Source: Octopus sinensis (Eukaryota). Taken from it: a stretch of DNA of 64,000 nt. Made by a program: the position numbers and the translations under genes. Within the stretch, counting starts at the first letter, position 1, and every line of letters starts with the position of its first letter. The notes below the pieces were generated by a model, which did not search any database, was not told the DNA's origin, and saw only the letters and a program-made list of their open reading frames with translations. Shown piece by piece: positions 63,000-64,000 of this stretch. Where the stretch lies: positions 71,424,001-71,488,000 of the forward strand of contig NC_042997.1 in NCBI RefSeq assembly GCF_006345805.1, given 5' to 3'.

Positions 63000-63113
63000 G
63001 AGAAGAAGAAGAAGAAGAAGAAGAAGAAGAGAAGAAGAAGAAGAAGAAGAAGAAGAAGAAGAAGAAGAAGAAGAAGAAGAAGAAGAAGAAGAAGAAGAAG
63101 AAGAAGAAGAAGA
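63000..63113. repeat. (GAA)n microsatellite
   Basis: Seen directly. Confidence 0.95.
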
Positions 63114-63482
63114 CTAAAGAATTAAGGAAGCTATACTATCTTGAAGCTGTTACTATACGTTACCCTCCCAAATTTTGAAAGACATTTTATCGTAATATTT
63201 TATACACCATTAATTTTCTGTAATAAAATTTTAAAATGTAACACTGCACTGATTGTTTTCCCAAATGCATTTTATTTGATCAGGGATTCGATTAGCTAGT
63301 GGTGTTAGACTTTTAGCGAAGATGTTAATGTTGACTTCAACAATATTATTCAACCATTGCCGTGGGTGAATGTGTAATGTAATGTAATGGATTGATGGAT
63401 ATATGTGTGCGTATATAATATATATATATTGATATAGATATATATATATATATTATATATATATATATTATATATATATATA

Positions 63483-63537
<55 letters not shown>

Positions 63538-63637
63538 CTATATATATATATATATATATATGTACATATGTATATATATAAATATCAATGTATGCATAAA
63601 TATACATATAAAGGTATGCAAATATGTACATAAGTGT

Positions 63638-63692
<55 letters not shown>

Positions 63693-64000
63693 TGCGTGCG
63701 TGCGTGCGTGAGTGCGTGCGTGCGTGCGTGTGTATTCCACATTCGGAATCAGACAACAGTATGTATAAAATACTTTTGCATTGCGACTAGCTCTTCAAAC
63801 AAAAAGAAGCACAAGTTCTTTCAGAGAAGAAATATTTACCCACTGGCGCCATCTGTAGCATCTATTTGCCATTTATAAGATCAATCAGCGCGGAAAGCAA
63901 GAAAAAAAGATTAATAAATATAAAAAAAAAAAAAAGTTGAACAAAAAAAGAAGAAAAGAAAACTACAGTTAATGAGCGTAACACAATCGGTGCTATGCTA

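Overview
AT-rich, microsatellite-dense eukaryotic DNA made almost entirely of transposable elements and simple repeats. The repeat content resembles a cephalopod (octopus-like) genome, but that is my inference and was not checked. No intact host gene is evident; there are two weak candidate exons. Main content: (i) two Penelope-like elements (PLEs). One is a 5'-truncated Neptune-type copy with an inverted pseudo-LTR (2.8-4.8 kb). The other is a ~5 kb decayed PLE (33.4-38.5 kb) with C-terminal GIY-YIG, a ~70-aa insertion between RT motifs A and B', an internal 423-bp duplication and a 1.2-kb insertion with an 11-bp target-site duplication (TSD). (ii) LINEs: a near full-length RTE (16.4-20.0 kb), a CR1-group remnant, R4/Dong-type fragments, and a near full-length decayed Tx1/L1-clade element (58.9-62.8 kb). 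(iii) A head-to-tail array of three Tx1-related units (21.2-25.8 kb). Two are ORF1(gag)-only and one is an ORF1/ORF2-tail deletion product. All three end in the same stem-loop+AATAAA terminus as a tRNA-derived SINE and the Tx1 element. (iv) Several type I hammerhead ribozyme motifs in short units next to (TA)n tracts, one fully canonical (31151-31213, minus). (v) Two tRNA-derived SINE families, MITEs/foldbacks, and mariner and Helitron remnants. The most novel-looking items are the gag-only Tx1 tandem array with its shared 3' hairpin, the hammerhead cluster, and the PLE combining a C-terminal endonuclease with an IFD-like insertion. All calls are by eye; no database searches were run.
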